A stretch of 64,000 bases of DNA, taken from assembly GCA_965203055.1 (NCBI GenBank), contig OZ241863.1:3034545-3098544 (forward strand), written 5' to 3'. The DNA is from Spirochaetia bacterium (GTDB lineage: Bacteria > Spirochaetota > Spirochaetia > SZUA-6 > Bin103). The stretch's first letter is position 1. Each line of letters begins with the position of its first letter. A program made the translations under genes and the position numbers. Shown here one piece after another: positions 17,878 through 26,942 of this stretch. The notes beneath the pieces were generated by a model. That model saw only the letters and a program-made list of their open reading frames with translations, searched no databases and was not told where the DNA came from.

Positions 17878-19800
17878 TCAGTTCCCGTAATAGAGCTGCT
17901 CCGCGCTGTAGATCACCCACTGCGCCACGCCCTCGGTAAACACGTTGCGCAGTTGCCGGTTGACGATCAGCACGGTAGCCGGATTGTAGGTCACGTTGAT
18001 CTGCGGGATGGTCTCGAAGAACGTCTGCCGGTAGCGGTCGACGATCTCCTGGTCCCACGGGATTCCGGGACCGATGCCCAGGCCCAGGTCGTACAGCTCC
18101 CGGAACCACGCCGGCGGCTCCTCGCCCTGTTCGCCGCCCGACCGGTACCACTGCCGCCACGGCGGAATGTGGTTGATCAGGTGGTCCTTGGCATGGCCGA
18201 AGGCATGCAGCGTGGTCGCCTCGTTCCACAGCGTGTCGATCTGGTACTGGTTGGCGTTGCGGCGCTCTATGAACAGGCCGATCTCCACCACCCCCAGGGT
18301 GGTATACAGCCCCACCGCGCGGTAATGCTCGACGACCAGCTCGTTGGCCGGCACCGTGTCCGGCAGGTGCGCGGTCACCTCCAGGGCGATCTCGAAGCGC
18401 GACCCGTCGGGCGCCAGACGCCAACCGTCGGCGTCGCGCTGGTCCAGGCCCACCGCATCCAGCAGCCGATTCGCCTCCTCGGGATCGTAGGCGGCGGGAA
18501 TCCACTCCGGCGGCGACGCGAAGCCGTAGTACACCGCGTCGATGATCTCGCCGCGGTCGATCGCCAGGTTCAGCGCTTGGCGGAAGCGCAGGTCGCCGGC
18601 GAGCCGGCGCCACGTCGGGTCCTCGTAGCCGAAGTTGAAGGCGTGCACCACCGGGTTGTAGGCGACCCCGGAGGTGAGCGCCCGGTACCCCTTGTCCTCG
18701 TTTTCGCGGTAGAGCGGCAGGGACGATATCTTCGCCAGCTCGTCGGCCAGGTCGACCTCCCCGGCGATGATCTTGAGGCTGGCGCCCTCCGGACCCTCCA
18801 CCTTGGTGCTGACGATGCGGTCGATGTAGGGAAGCTGATTGCCGGCGGCGTCGACCTTGAAGTAGTAGGGGTTGCGCTCGAACACGGTCTGCGTCGGCGA
18901 GGTGCCGGTCACCACCCACGGATGCAGCACGGGAATGTCGACCACGTCCGGGGTCTTCGCTTCCCAGGGCGTGAGCATCTTGATCTGGAACAGGCGCGGC
19001 CACTCGTCGGCCAGCAGATCGGCGGCCGCGACCTTGGCCGCCAACTCCTCGGCGTCGGCGAAGTTGGCGTGGAACTGGGACAGGTAGTGCCGGGGCTGCA
19101 AGAAGCCGGTGTAGTCCATCCACGGCTTGTCGATTTCGTCCAGGAACCCGGGCGTCGGCGCCGAGAAGGTGATGCGATACGAGTAGTCGTCGATCACTTC
19201 CAGGTCGTAGACGTCCCCGGTGGGGCGCAGCCCGGAGCGGTACTGCCAGCCGACGTTGGGGGTGAGCTGCTCGTTGAGCAGGATCTCCTCGTAATGGAAC
19301 GCCACGTCCGCCGTGGTCAGCGGTTCGCCGTCCGACCAGCGCATGCCGCGGCGCAACTGAAAGGTGAACGTGGTGCCGTCCGGACTGATCTCGTAGCTCT
19401 CGTAGATGTTGCCGGTAAGCGGATGCCCCATGCTGATCCAGCCCGGCCGCGCCAGCAGCGTCTCGATGGTCATGAAGTACATCTCCGGCGCGAAGTTGGG
19501 CGCCAGGTTGATCAGCCGCACGTCGCCGCCGTAGGCGCCGATCGCCAGCTCGTCGAGCATGCCGTCGGGAGCGGCGCTCCGTTCCAGCGTGAGCACCAGC
19601 GGGTTCTCCGGGAGCCGCTCGTTCACCGGGGGCAGTTCGCCGGCGGCCACGCGCGCCGCCAGCAGCGGCGCTTCCTGATAGCCTCCGGCGCCGGTCGCGG
19701 CGCTCATGGGGGCGGCGCCTGCGGACTCTTCCTGACCGGTCGCCGCGGCCAGGACGCTGCCCGCCAGGAGCAGCGCAACTGTCATCAACACTCGATTCAC
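17878..19800 (-). CDS. ABC transporter substrate-binding protein, family 5 (peptide/oligosaccharide)
   Basis: Signal peptide (M)NRVLMTVALLLAGSVLAAA. A GTG at 19800 is preceded by GGAGG; an alternative ATG is at 19785. Family-5 SBP-like length and composition. Confidence 0.8.
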   Translation of the reverse strand: MNRVLMTVALLLAGSVLAAATGQEESAGAAPMSAATGAGGYQEAPLLAARVAAGELPPVNERLPENPLVLTLERSAAPDGMLDELAIGAYGGDVRLINLAPNFAPEMYFMTIETLLARPGWISMGHPLTGNIYESYEISPDGTTFTFQLRRGMRWSDGEPLTTADVAFHYEEILLNEQLTPNVGWQYRSGLRPTGDVYDLEVIDDYSYRITFSAPTPGFLDEIDKPWMDYTGFLQPRHYLSQFHANFADAEELAAKVAAADLLADEWPRLFQIKMLTPWEAKTPDVVDIPVLHPWVVTGTSPTQTVFERNPYYFKVDAAGNQLPYIDRIVSTKVEGPEGASLKIIAGEVDLADELAKISSLPLYRENEDKGYRALTSGVAYNPVVHAFNFGYEDPTWRRLAGDLRFRQALNLAIDRGEIIDAVYYGFASPPEWIPAAYDPEEANRLLDAVGLDQRDADGWRLAPDGSRFEIALEVTAHLPDTVPANELVVEHYRAVGLYTTLGVVEIGLFIERRNANQYQIDTLWNEATTLHAFGHAKDHLINHIPPWRQWYRSGGEQGEEPPAWFRELYDLGLGIGPGIPWDQEIVDRYRQTFFETIPQINVTYNPATVLIVNRQLRNVFTEGVAQWVIYSAEQLYYGN

Positions 19801-19926
19801 CGTGTTCCTCCGTCTCTCGGTCGGTCGTCGGTCGATGCAGCCCAGTATATGCCGGTCCCGCTGCGCCCACAATCGGCGGGGCAGCGGTCAGCAGCGGCCA
19901 GCGGTTACCTGCCTCAAGCGTTACCG

Positions 19927-22900
19927 TTACCCGGTGAGCGGCACCCGGATGCGCCCGCCGGCGCCGGGACCGAAGTCGGCGGAGGCTTCCGCTACGGGAC
20001 GGCCGCCGGCATCGAGCACCCGGGCCGTGTAGCGGGCGGCGGCCGGCACCATGTTCCGCGCCTCGATGACGACGGCGCCGCCTGAGCGCCACGCGCGCAC
20101 CCGATCGACCGTCTCCAGGGCGCCGACCCAGTCCCGTTGCGGCGCATCGCCCAGCCGGCAGGTCACGTCTCCGTAGCGGGCCAGGATTGGATCCACGTCC
20201 AAGCCCTCGGCCAGCATGTACATGCTCAGGATCGCCCCGTACTTGGTGGTCCAGTTGCCCCGGTAGGGCCAAGCCGGGAGCACGTCTTCCGTACCGCCGC
20301 CCAGGCAGGCGGCGTCGAACCGGGTATCGGGATTGAACGCATGCTGCGCCGGTACCCGCGCTTCCGACTGATAGTGCGCGTTGAGCCAGCGCCGCTTCTC
20401 TTCCGTCAGCGAGCTCTGCACCCCTTGATGCAGCAGCGCCCGGGCGCGCTCGAACCACTCCGGGTCGGCGGTGTGACGCCACAGCCGCATCAGCTCCGCG
20501 GCGCCCTGGGCGTATACCAGATTGTTGGTGGAGTACTTGACGTCGACGGTGGTGCCGCCGACCGTCCGGTAGTCCCAACGGCCCAGCGGCAGGTGCTCCA
20601 GGCCGTCGGTGCGGACGTTGTAGTGGTACTGCCAGCTCCCGAACCAGCTCGCCGCCACTTCCGCGGCGGCCAGCCAGCGCCGGTCGCCGGTGGCGGCGTA
20701 CAGGTCGTTGTGGGCGGCCAGCAGCGCGTGGCCCTGGCGCTTGTCGATGTTGTAGAAATCCATCTCGGAGCCGGCGAAGACCGCGAAGCGCTCCATCACC
20801 TGCAGCGCCAGCTCGCCCAGCCGCACGGCGTAGTCCAGATAGCGCTGCTCGTTGCAGTGGCGGGCGGCCCGCACGTACGCCCAGATCAGATAGATGAAGT
20901 TGGTGGCGCCGCGCTCGCTCGGCTTGAGGAAGCGGATGTCCGCCGCGCGGGTCTGACGGTCGGTCCAGCGCGAGCGCTCCCAGTAGAGGAGCCGGATGCG
21001 CCGCGCGGCCGGCTTGCCGGTGGCGCCGTCGATGCGCCCCGGTACGTCGGCGTCGGGAAACAGCTCCATGATCCGGTCGAGGGAGCCGCGCACCGCCGGC
21101 AGCCAGCTCCGCGGCGGCTCGCTCCCGTGCCGCCGGAACCGCTCGGCGCAGCGCAGATACCAGTACAGCCCCTCGCCCAGCGGCCCCACGTCGATGCGGC
21201 CGGGGTCGTAGTAGGTGCCGAAGGCGTCGACGATCCCGGCGTGGTCCTCATGGTAAGTGGGATAGAGGATGCCGAGCGGCGAAATGCCGTGCTCGGCGAA
21301 GAAGTCGAGTGTGTCGACGGCGACCCGCACCGCGCCGCCGTCGTCGTGGCGCAGGCCGTGATCGAGGGCCGCATGGGCCGCCAGACCGGCCATGCCGGAC
21401 CATGAGAAGCCGACGAAGCGATGGAAGTATTCCTTGGGCAGGAACCGCCCGTCGCCGGCCGGCGCATCGCCGTACACCCAGCGACCGACGTAGAAGACGC
21501 GGTAGGTCCGCCCGCCGCGCGTGATCTCCTGCATCAGCCCGCGGTCGTCGAGCATGGTCCGCAGGCGCAGATCGCAGTCGGCGCGCAGGGTGTGCGGCGG
21601 GTTGGTGGGGGAGTCGGGGTAGAGCTGGCGCCACGCCGCCGAGAGCGCGCCGCAGTAGCCGGGCCGGTAGACGGCGCCGCGGCGGCGGGCGGCGGCGTAC
21701 AGATAGAGCGTCTTGGCGTACCGGGCGCCATCCTCCAGGGTGAGCCGTTCGTCGCTGTCCAGCAGCAGCCGGCGTCCGAACACGGCCGACTCCGGTACCT
21801 GATGCACCGCCTCGTACCGGCCCGACTCGGGGTCGACCTGCAACCGCACGCTAGCGGCCGCGTCGGCAGCGCGGCGCTGCGGCGCCGCCCAGCCGGCGCA
21901 CACCCGCTCCGCGTCCTCGACGCTGAACCCGGCGGGGAGCGTGGAGGCCGCCTCGGGAAAGTCCTCGCCCAGGTAGTGGCACGCCTCGGCGGTGGGGTTG
22001 CCGTCGTACAGGAGCCCGGGGTGCAGGGTATGGCGCGCATGCGCGGCGGCAATCGGCAGGCGGCTGGTGAGCAGCAGCTTGACCCCGCTCAGCGCCGTCC
22101 CCCGGTAGCGCCAAGTGACCGACACGCGCCACAGGTCGGCGGCGCATGGCGCGACCGCGGCGTCGCAATAGAGCGAGCCGACCACCCCGCCCCGGCTGCG
22201 GTCGCGTATCTCGAAGAGACCGCCCGCGCCGCCGGCGCCGTCGACGCCCTGCGCGGCGGTCACGGTGAACCGTTCCGGCAACAGCGTCTCGAAGTCGAAG
22301 TTGCGCGCGCGGTCTCCCGCTTCGTCGACGCGCCGCGGGCTCGGGGCGCCGTCGGTCTGGCGGATGTCGTCGACCAGGATGAAGCCCCAGTCATCCTCCG
22401 GATAGCGGGGCGCGGCGTGCCAACCCCACGGTTCCACGGGAGCGTAGTCGAGTATCTGCAGGTACGCCTGCCGGCCGCGGAACTCCGCCACGTCCCAGCC
22501 GCGCCGCACCAGCTCCAGGTTGCGTTCGCCGGTAGCGGACCGCACCCGTTCCCAGCCGGCGGCGCCGTTCACGTACAGGTTCAGGCAGGTGACGTCCGCG
22601 AAGTCGCCGCCGCCGATCAGGAAGTCGATGCCGGCGCCGGCGATGGTGAATACCTCCGACTGCAGCTCGCCGATCAGGGTGCCCAGATTGCGGTTCTTGC
22701 TGTTCACCAGGCGCCGGCCCTGAAAGCCGGTCACCGCTCCCTGGCCGGGGAAGGCGCCGAGCGCCGGCTGCATGCCGAACGCCGTTCCGTTGGGCCGCAC
22801 CTGGCCGGTGTCGTGGACGTTGAACGGAACCGAGCGAGAATCCCAGGCGCCGGCCACGGGATGCCATCCCCGGTAGCGGTTCTGGCGGATATCGATGCCG

Positions 22901-22965
22901 GCGGTCAGTTCGACGGCGGCGGCCGCCGGCCCGACCGGCCAGCGCAGCGCGGTGCCCGCGGTCAC
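19927..22965 (-). CDS. large glycoside-hydrolase/lyase-like protein (beta-sandwich + (alpha/alpha)6-like region), function unclear
   Basis: 1012 aa. Co-oriented with the SBP and permeases and rich in Trp/Tyr in the style of carbohydrate-active enzymes. No firm family call is possible by eye. Confidence 0.4.
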   Translation of the reverse strand: MTAGTALRWPVGPAAAAVELTAGIDIRQNRYRGWHPVAGAWDSRSVPFNVHDTGQVRPNGTAFGMQPALGAFPGQGAVTGFQGRRLVNSKNRNLGTLIGELQSEVFTIAGAGIDFLIGGGDFADVTCLNLYVNGAAGWERVRSATGERNLELVRRGWDVAEFRGRQAYLQILDYAPVEPWGWHAAPRYPEDDWGFILVDDIRQTDGAPSPRRVDEAGDRARNFDFETLLPERFTVTAAQGVDGAGGAGGLFEIRDRSRGGVVGSLYCDAAVAPCAADLWRVSVTWRYRGTALSGVKLLLTSRLPIAAAHARHTLHPGLLYDGNPTAEACHYLGEDFPEAASTLPAGFSVEDAERVCAGWAAPQRRAADAAASVRLQVDPESGRYEAVHQVPESAVFGRRLLLDSDERLTLEDGARYAKTLYLYAAARRRGAVYRPGYCGALSAAWRQLYPDSPTNPPHTLRADCDLRLRTMLDDRGLMQEITRGGRTYRVFYVGRWVYGDAPAGDGRFLPKEYFHRFVGFSWSGMAGLAAHAALDHGLRHDDGGAVRVAVDTLDFFAEHGISPLGILYPTYHEDHAGIVDAFGTYYDPGRIDVGPLGEGLYWYLRCAERFRRHGSEPPRSWLPAVRGSLDRIMELFPDADVPGRIDGATGKPAARRIRLLYWERSRWTDRQTRAADIRFLKPSERGATNFIYLIWAYVRAARHCNEQRYLDYAVRLGELALQVMERFAVFAGSEMDFYNIDKRQGHALLAAHNDLYAATGDRRWLAAAEVAASWFGSWQYHYNVRTDGLEHLPLGRWDYRTVGGTTVDVKYSTNNLVYAQGAAELMRLWRHTADPEWFERARALLHQGVQSSLTEEKRRWLNAHYQSEARVPAQHAFNPDTRFDAACLGGGTEDVLPAWPYRGNWTTKYGAILSMYMLAEGLDVDPILARYGDVTCRLGDAPQRDWVGALETVDRVRAWRSGGAVVIEARNMVPAAARYTARVLDAGGRPVAEASADFGPGAGGRIRVPLTG

Positions 22966-23114
22966 CGGCCCTCCGCGTGCGGCGCGCCCGCCGGGACGGC
23001 GGGCAACGAGATGGTGAGCGGCGCGCCGGGTCCAGCCTCCGCTATGGCGTGCGATGTCGCGACGACGGTCGGGCGCGTCATGCGACGGCTATGCGGTCCG
23101 CAACTCCGATACCG

Positions 23115-24190
23115 CCGGACGAGTCGGTCCTGCGCGCCGGCATCCCGCTCAGCCGTGCCGGCGGCTCCTGGTGAACGGCGGGGTGACTGATTTCCTCGGC
23201 GTGTCGTCGTCAGGTCCTGTCGCCGCCCGCCGCGGCCGCGCCGTTGGGTTGGCTCTTGAGCTTCTGATACTCCTGCTCGCCGATCCCGGTCGCCCGCTTG
23301 ATCAACGACCAGTCGACGCCGGTCCGCAGGAAACCGTCGATCATCTCCAGCCGCCCCTCGCGCTGGCCTTCCAGGCGGCCTTCGCGGTGGCCTTCCTGTT
23401 GGCCTTCGCTCCGGCCCTCGCGGTGCCGCCGTTCGGCAACCGCTCGCATCTCGTCGCGCCCTTCCTGGCGCAGCCGCTCGCCGCTCGTCATCAGCTCCCC
23501 TCCTGCCGCCGTGTGGCTCAGTATATCGCCCATCGCCTCGGACGTGTCCTCAGGTCCCGTCTCCGCGATCGGCTCGCCGGTATCGGGATCGATCGGCCCC
23601 CGATCGTAGTCAGGCCATCCGTTCCTGCCTGGGTAGTAGTAGTGGTCGTCATGGCCTGCCACCAACCTGAACGACCCATCTGCGGAAGCGATGCCTTCCA
23701 GATCGGCCAGATCGTCGTGCCAATCTGTATCGTCGAGATCCTCCGGTGGGGGCCGGTCGAGCGGTCGACCGGAGTAGTCGCTGTCTACGGAAGCTTTCTT
23801 CTTGCCCATCCCTTCGCCATCAATAGCCTGTCGATATAGTGCATGAACATCTTCATGTCGTCCTGACCGCCGCTTCCTTCCCGCTCCAAGTCGTCCAGCA
23901 GCGGCCGCATCCGCGCCCGCGCCTCCCGCATCGCGCGGTTGAAGGCGTGCATCATCGTCAGTTGCAGCAACCGCGCCCGGACGCTGCCGGCCGCCTGCGC
24001 CGGCGATATCTGAGTCTGGTCGAAGAGCACGTGCTCGAACCGGGGCAGCCATGGCCAGTCCCGCGTTGCGGCCGGGAACAGGTCAGCGAACTGCGGGGAG
24101 TGCTGCCAGCCGGTGGGCCCCTGGTAGAAGACCAGCGGCAGGATCGGGCGCAGGTAGCCGGCATCCTGGTGGTCCCGGCGGTCGTGCTCC
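23115..24190 (-). repeat. repeat copy B: Rpn-family remnant carrying a 272 bp mini-gene insertion
   Basis: Collinear with copy A at about 95% identity, except for an insertion at 23567-23838 encoding MGKKKASVDSDYSGRPL.... Confidence 0.7.
23210..24190 (-). pseudogene. truncated and interrupted Rpn-family nuclease/putative transposase fragment
   Basis: Same truncation point (YLRPILPLVFYQG) as copy A. The reading frame is disrupted by the 272 bp insertion. Confidence 0.6.
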
Positions 24191-24287
24191 CAGATGCGGC
24201 AGCAGTAGCCGGGCGGCGGTGGCGGTGCCTGACCCGCTCGGAGTATGGTGGCAGTGGATCGCGGCGTCCCGATCCAGGCGTTCAATC

Positions 24288-25160
24288 ATGGCATCCAGCG
24301 TTCTGAAAGAGATCGACCGGCTCAAGGGGGAGCTCGACGAATTGCGGCCGCTGCCGCCGGAGGTGGTCGCCCGCGTCGAACAGAAGCTGCGGATCGAGTC
24401 CAACTACCATTCCAACGCGGTCGAAGGCAATGCGCTCACCCTGGGCGAAACCCGGAGCCTGATCCTCCATGGCCTCACCGCGCGCGGCAAGCCGATGCGC
24501 GACCACCTGGACATCCAGGGACACGACCAGGCCGTCAAGACGATCGAACGGGCGGTCAAGGACGAAGAACCGCTCACCGAAGTCTTCATCCGCAACCTCC
24601 ATCGCGTGCTGTTGAAGGAACCGTACGAAAACGCGGCGGTCACCCCGGACGGCCGCCGCTCCACGCGCCGCATTACGCCCGGCGACTACAAGACCACGCC
24701 GAACAACGTGGTGACCTCGACCGGCGAGATATATCACTTCACGCCGCCGGAGCAGGTGAAGCCGGCGATGAGCGATCTCATCGACTGGTACCGCGCTCGG
24801 GAGGCCGCCGGCGAACATCCGATCATCACCGCCGCAACCGTCCACTACCGATTCGTGCGCATCCACCCGTTCGACGACGGCAACGGACGCATGGCGCGCC
24901 TGCTGATGAACCTGATCCTGATCCGGCACGGCTACACCGTGGCCATCGTCCAGAGCGACCACCGAGAGCGCTACCTGCAAGAGCTCGAACGCGCCGATCG
25001 GACCGAAGACCTCGCGCAGTTCATCGACTACATCGCCTCCTGCAGTCGGTATGCGCTGACCCTGTACCTCAACGCCGCCCGCGGGGAACCGATCGAAGCT
25101 CCTGAAGACATCGACCGCGAAATAGCGCTCTTCAAGCGCACCATCCTGCGCGACGCCTGA
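24288..25160 (+). CDS. Fic/DOC family protein (AMPylase-like) with an internal inhibitory helix motif
   Basis: HPFDDGNGRMARL Fic motif. The N-terminal SNAVEGN matches the (S/T)xxxE(G/N) auto-inhibitory motif. Confidence 0.85.
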   Translation: MASSVLKEIDRLKGELDELRPLPPEVVARVEQKLRIESNYHSNAVEGNALTLGETRSLILHGLTARGKPMRDHLDIQGHDQAVKTIERAVKDEEPLTEVFIRNLHRVLLKEPYENAAVTPDGRRSTRRITPGDYKTTPNNVVTSTGEIYHFTPPEQVKPAMSDLIDWYRAREAAGEHPIITAATVHYRFVRIHPFDDGNGRMARLLMNLILIRHGYTVAIVQSDHRERYLQELERADRTEDLAQFIDYIASCSRYALTLYLNAARGEPIEAPEDIDREIALFKRTILRDA

Positions 25161-25209
25161 GATATTCGATGGAGGTCATGCAGCGGTGGAGCACCGGCGT
25201 CGATTAGCA

Positions 25210-25467
25210 ATGGTCGAGAACGCAGACTCTACGGATCGAGATTTTGACCCGGATACCGCGCCGGACCTTTCGCAGGATGGCTGGCCGGAACAATTCGCCA
25301 AGGCGGCCGTTCAACGCGGTCGGCCACCCTCCGTCCAACCGAAAGTGTCAACCACCATCCGTCTCTCGCAGGAGGTCATAGATCACTTCAAGGCCGACGG
25401 CCGCGGGTGGCAGACGCGGATCGACTGCGCGCTGCGCGAATGGATCAAGGAGCACCAGGCCGGGTAA
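25210..25467 (+). CDS. BrnA-like (RHH/CopG-type) antitoxin, orphan
   Basis: C-terminal TIRLSQEVIDHFKADGRGWQTRIDCALREWIKEH matches the BrnA antitoxin family. No BrnT-like ORF is adjacent. The start could be 25186. Confidence 0.55.
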   Translation: MVENADSTDRDFDPDTAPDLSQDGWPEQFAKAAVQRGRPPSVQPKVSTTIRLSQEVIDHFKADGRGWQTRIDCALREWIKEHQAG

Positions 25468-25529
25468 GGCGCGGGGCAGCTTGGTACGGATGATGCGGAA
25501 ACAACGCGTTGTTTGTACTATGGGAGTCG

Positions 25530-26915
25530 ATGGAACGGGAGTTCTCGGCCTTCCTCGGCGACTGGCTCCATACCAGGCCGCGCCGCCCGCTGGTGGTCCG
25601 CGGCGCCCGGCAGGTAGGCAAGACCTGGCTGGTGCGGGATTGGGCGGCGCGGGCGCGGCGCGTCCTGGTGGAGGTGAACTTCGAGCGCGACCCGCGGCTG
25701 CGGCGCTACTTCGACCAGCCTGACCCGCGCCGCATCTTCGACGATCTCACGCTGGCGCTGGGGGTAGCGGCTGCCCCGGAGCAGGCGGTGCTGTTCCTCG
25801 ACGAGGTGCAGGCGGCGCCCGAGGTGCTGGCGAATCTGCGCTGGTTCGCGGAGGAGCAGCCGGAGCTGCCGGTGGTCGCCGCCGGGTCGCTGTTGGAGTT
25901 CGGCCTTGCCGACTTCGCGTACAGCATGCCGGTGGGACGTATTCGCTACGGTTACGTGGAGCCGCTGAGCTTCGCCGAGTTCCTCGCGGCGCACGGGCAG
26001 ACCGCGCTGCGCGACCGGCTGGCGCGGTGGCGCCCGGAGGAACCGCTGGCGGCCGCGGCGCACGATGCCGCCGGCCGCTGGTACGAGCGGTATGCCATGG
26101 TCGGCGGCATGCCCGGCGTGGTGGCGCAGGACGCCGCGGGCGCCCCGGCGGCGGAGTGCCGCTCCCTGCAGCGGGACCTGCTGCAGACCTATCGCGACGA
26201 CTTCGCCAAGTACGCCGGCCGCACCGAGCACGGGCTGCTGGATTCGGTACTGCTCGCCGTGATCGCCGCGCTGGGCGGCAAGTTCGTCTACCGCCGGGTT
26301 GGTGACGGCGTCAAGCATCACCAGGCGAAGAAGGCCCTGGAGGCCCTGGTCATGGCCCGGTTGTGTCACCTGATTCCGCACAGCGGCGCCAACGGCGTTC
26401 CGCTTGCCGCCGAGGCCAGCGACCGCGTCCGCAAGGTGGGGTTGCTCGACGTGGGACTGGCCCATGGGCTGTGGAACACCCCGGCGGGACGCGGCTTCCC
26501 GCGCTGGAGCGACCTCCCGCCGCAGCTCGCCGGCGGTCTGGCCGAGCAGATGGCGGCGCAGCAGTTGCGCATCGCCACCGGGAGCGCCGCGGTCACCGGG
26601 CAGTTGTTCCACTGGCGCCGGGAAGGCGGCCGCGCCGGCGAAATCGACTACTTGATGGAAGCCGGCGCCCGCGTCGTCCCGATCGAGGTCAAGAGCGGCG
26701 CCGTCGGCGCGATGAAGAGCCTGCACCAGTTCATGTACGAGAAGCGGCTCCCGCTGGCCGTTCGGCTGGACCGCAATCCCCCGTCGCTGCAACAGGTCGA
26801 CGTCCGCACCACCCTGGGGAATCCGGTTCGCTACCGGCTCCTGAACCTCCCGCACTATCTGGCGTGGCGCGCGCCGGAGCTGGTCGAGCTGCTCGACTTC
26901 GGCGAACGCCCGTGA
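25530..26915 (+). CDS. AAA ATPase with DUF4143 C-terminal domain
   Basis: Walker A GARQVGKTWL and Walker B LFLDEVQ. Typical of the AAA_14/DUF4143 family. Confidence 0.75.
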   Translation: MEREFSAFLGDWLHTRPRRPLVVRGARQVGKTWLVRDWAARARRVLVEVNFERDPRLRRYFDQPDPRRIFDDLTLALGVAAAPEQAVLFLDEVQAAPEVLANLRWFAEEQPELPVVAAGSLLEFGLADFAYSMPVGRIRYGYVEPLSFAEFLAAHGQTALRDRLARWRPEEPLAAAAHDAAGRWYERYAMVGGMPGVVAQDAAGAPAAECRSLQRDLLQTYRDDFAKYAGRTEHGLLDSVLLAVIAALGGKFVYRRVGDGVKHHQAKKALEALVMARLCHLIPHSGANGVPLAAEASDRVRKVGLLDVGLAHGLWNTPAGRGFPRWSDLPPQLAGGLAEQMAAQQLRIATGSAAVTGQLFHWRREGGRAGEIDYLMEAGARVVPIEVKSGAVGAMKSLHQFMYEKRLPLAVRLDRNPPSLQQVDVRTTLGNPVRYRLLNLPHYLAWRAPELVELLDFGERP

Positions 26916-26942
26916 GACTGCGCCGGCCCCGGGCGGCTAGCG

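Noticed and set aside
16856-20578. 1240 aa minus-strand ORF in the track
   Set aside because: An artefact of high GC. It fuses the OppB-like permease frame with out-of-frame read-through across the SBP gene. The real genes are 16856-17854 and 17878-19800.
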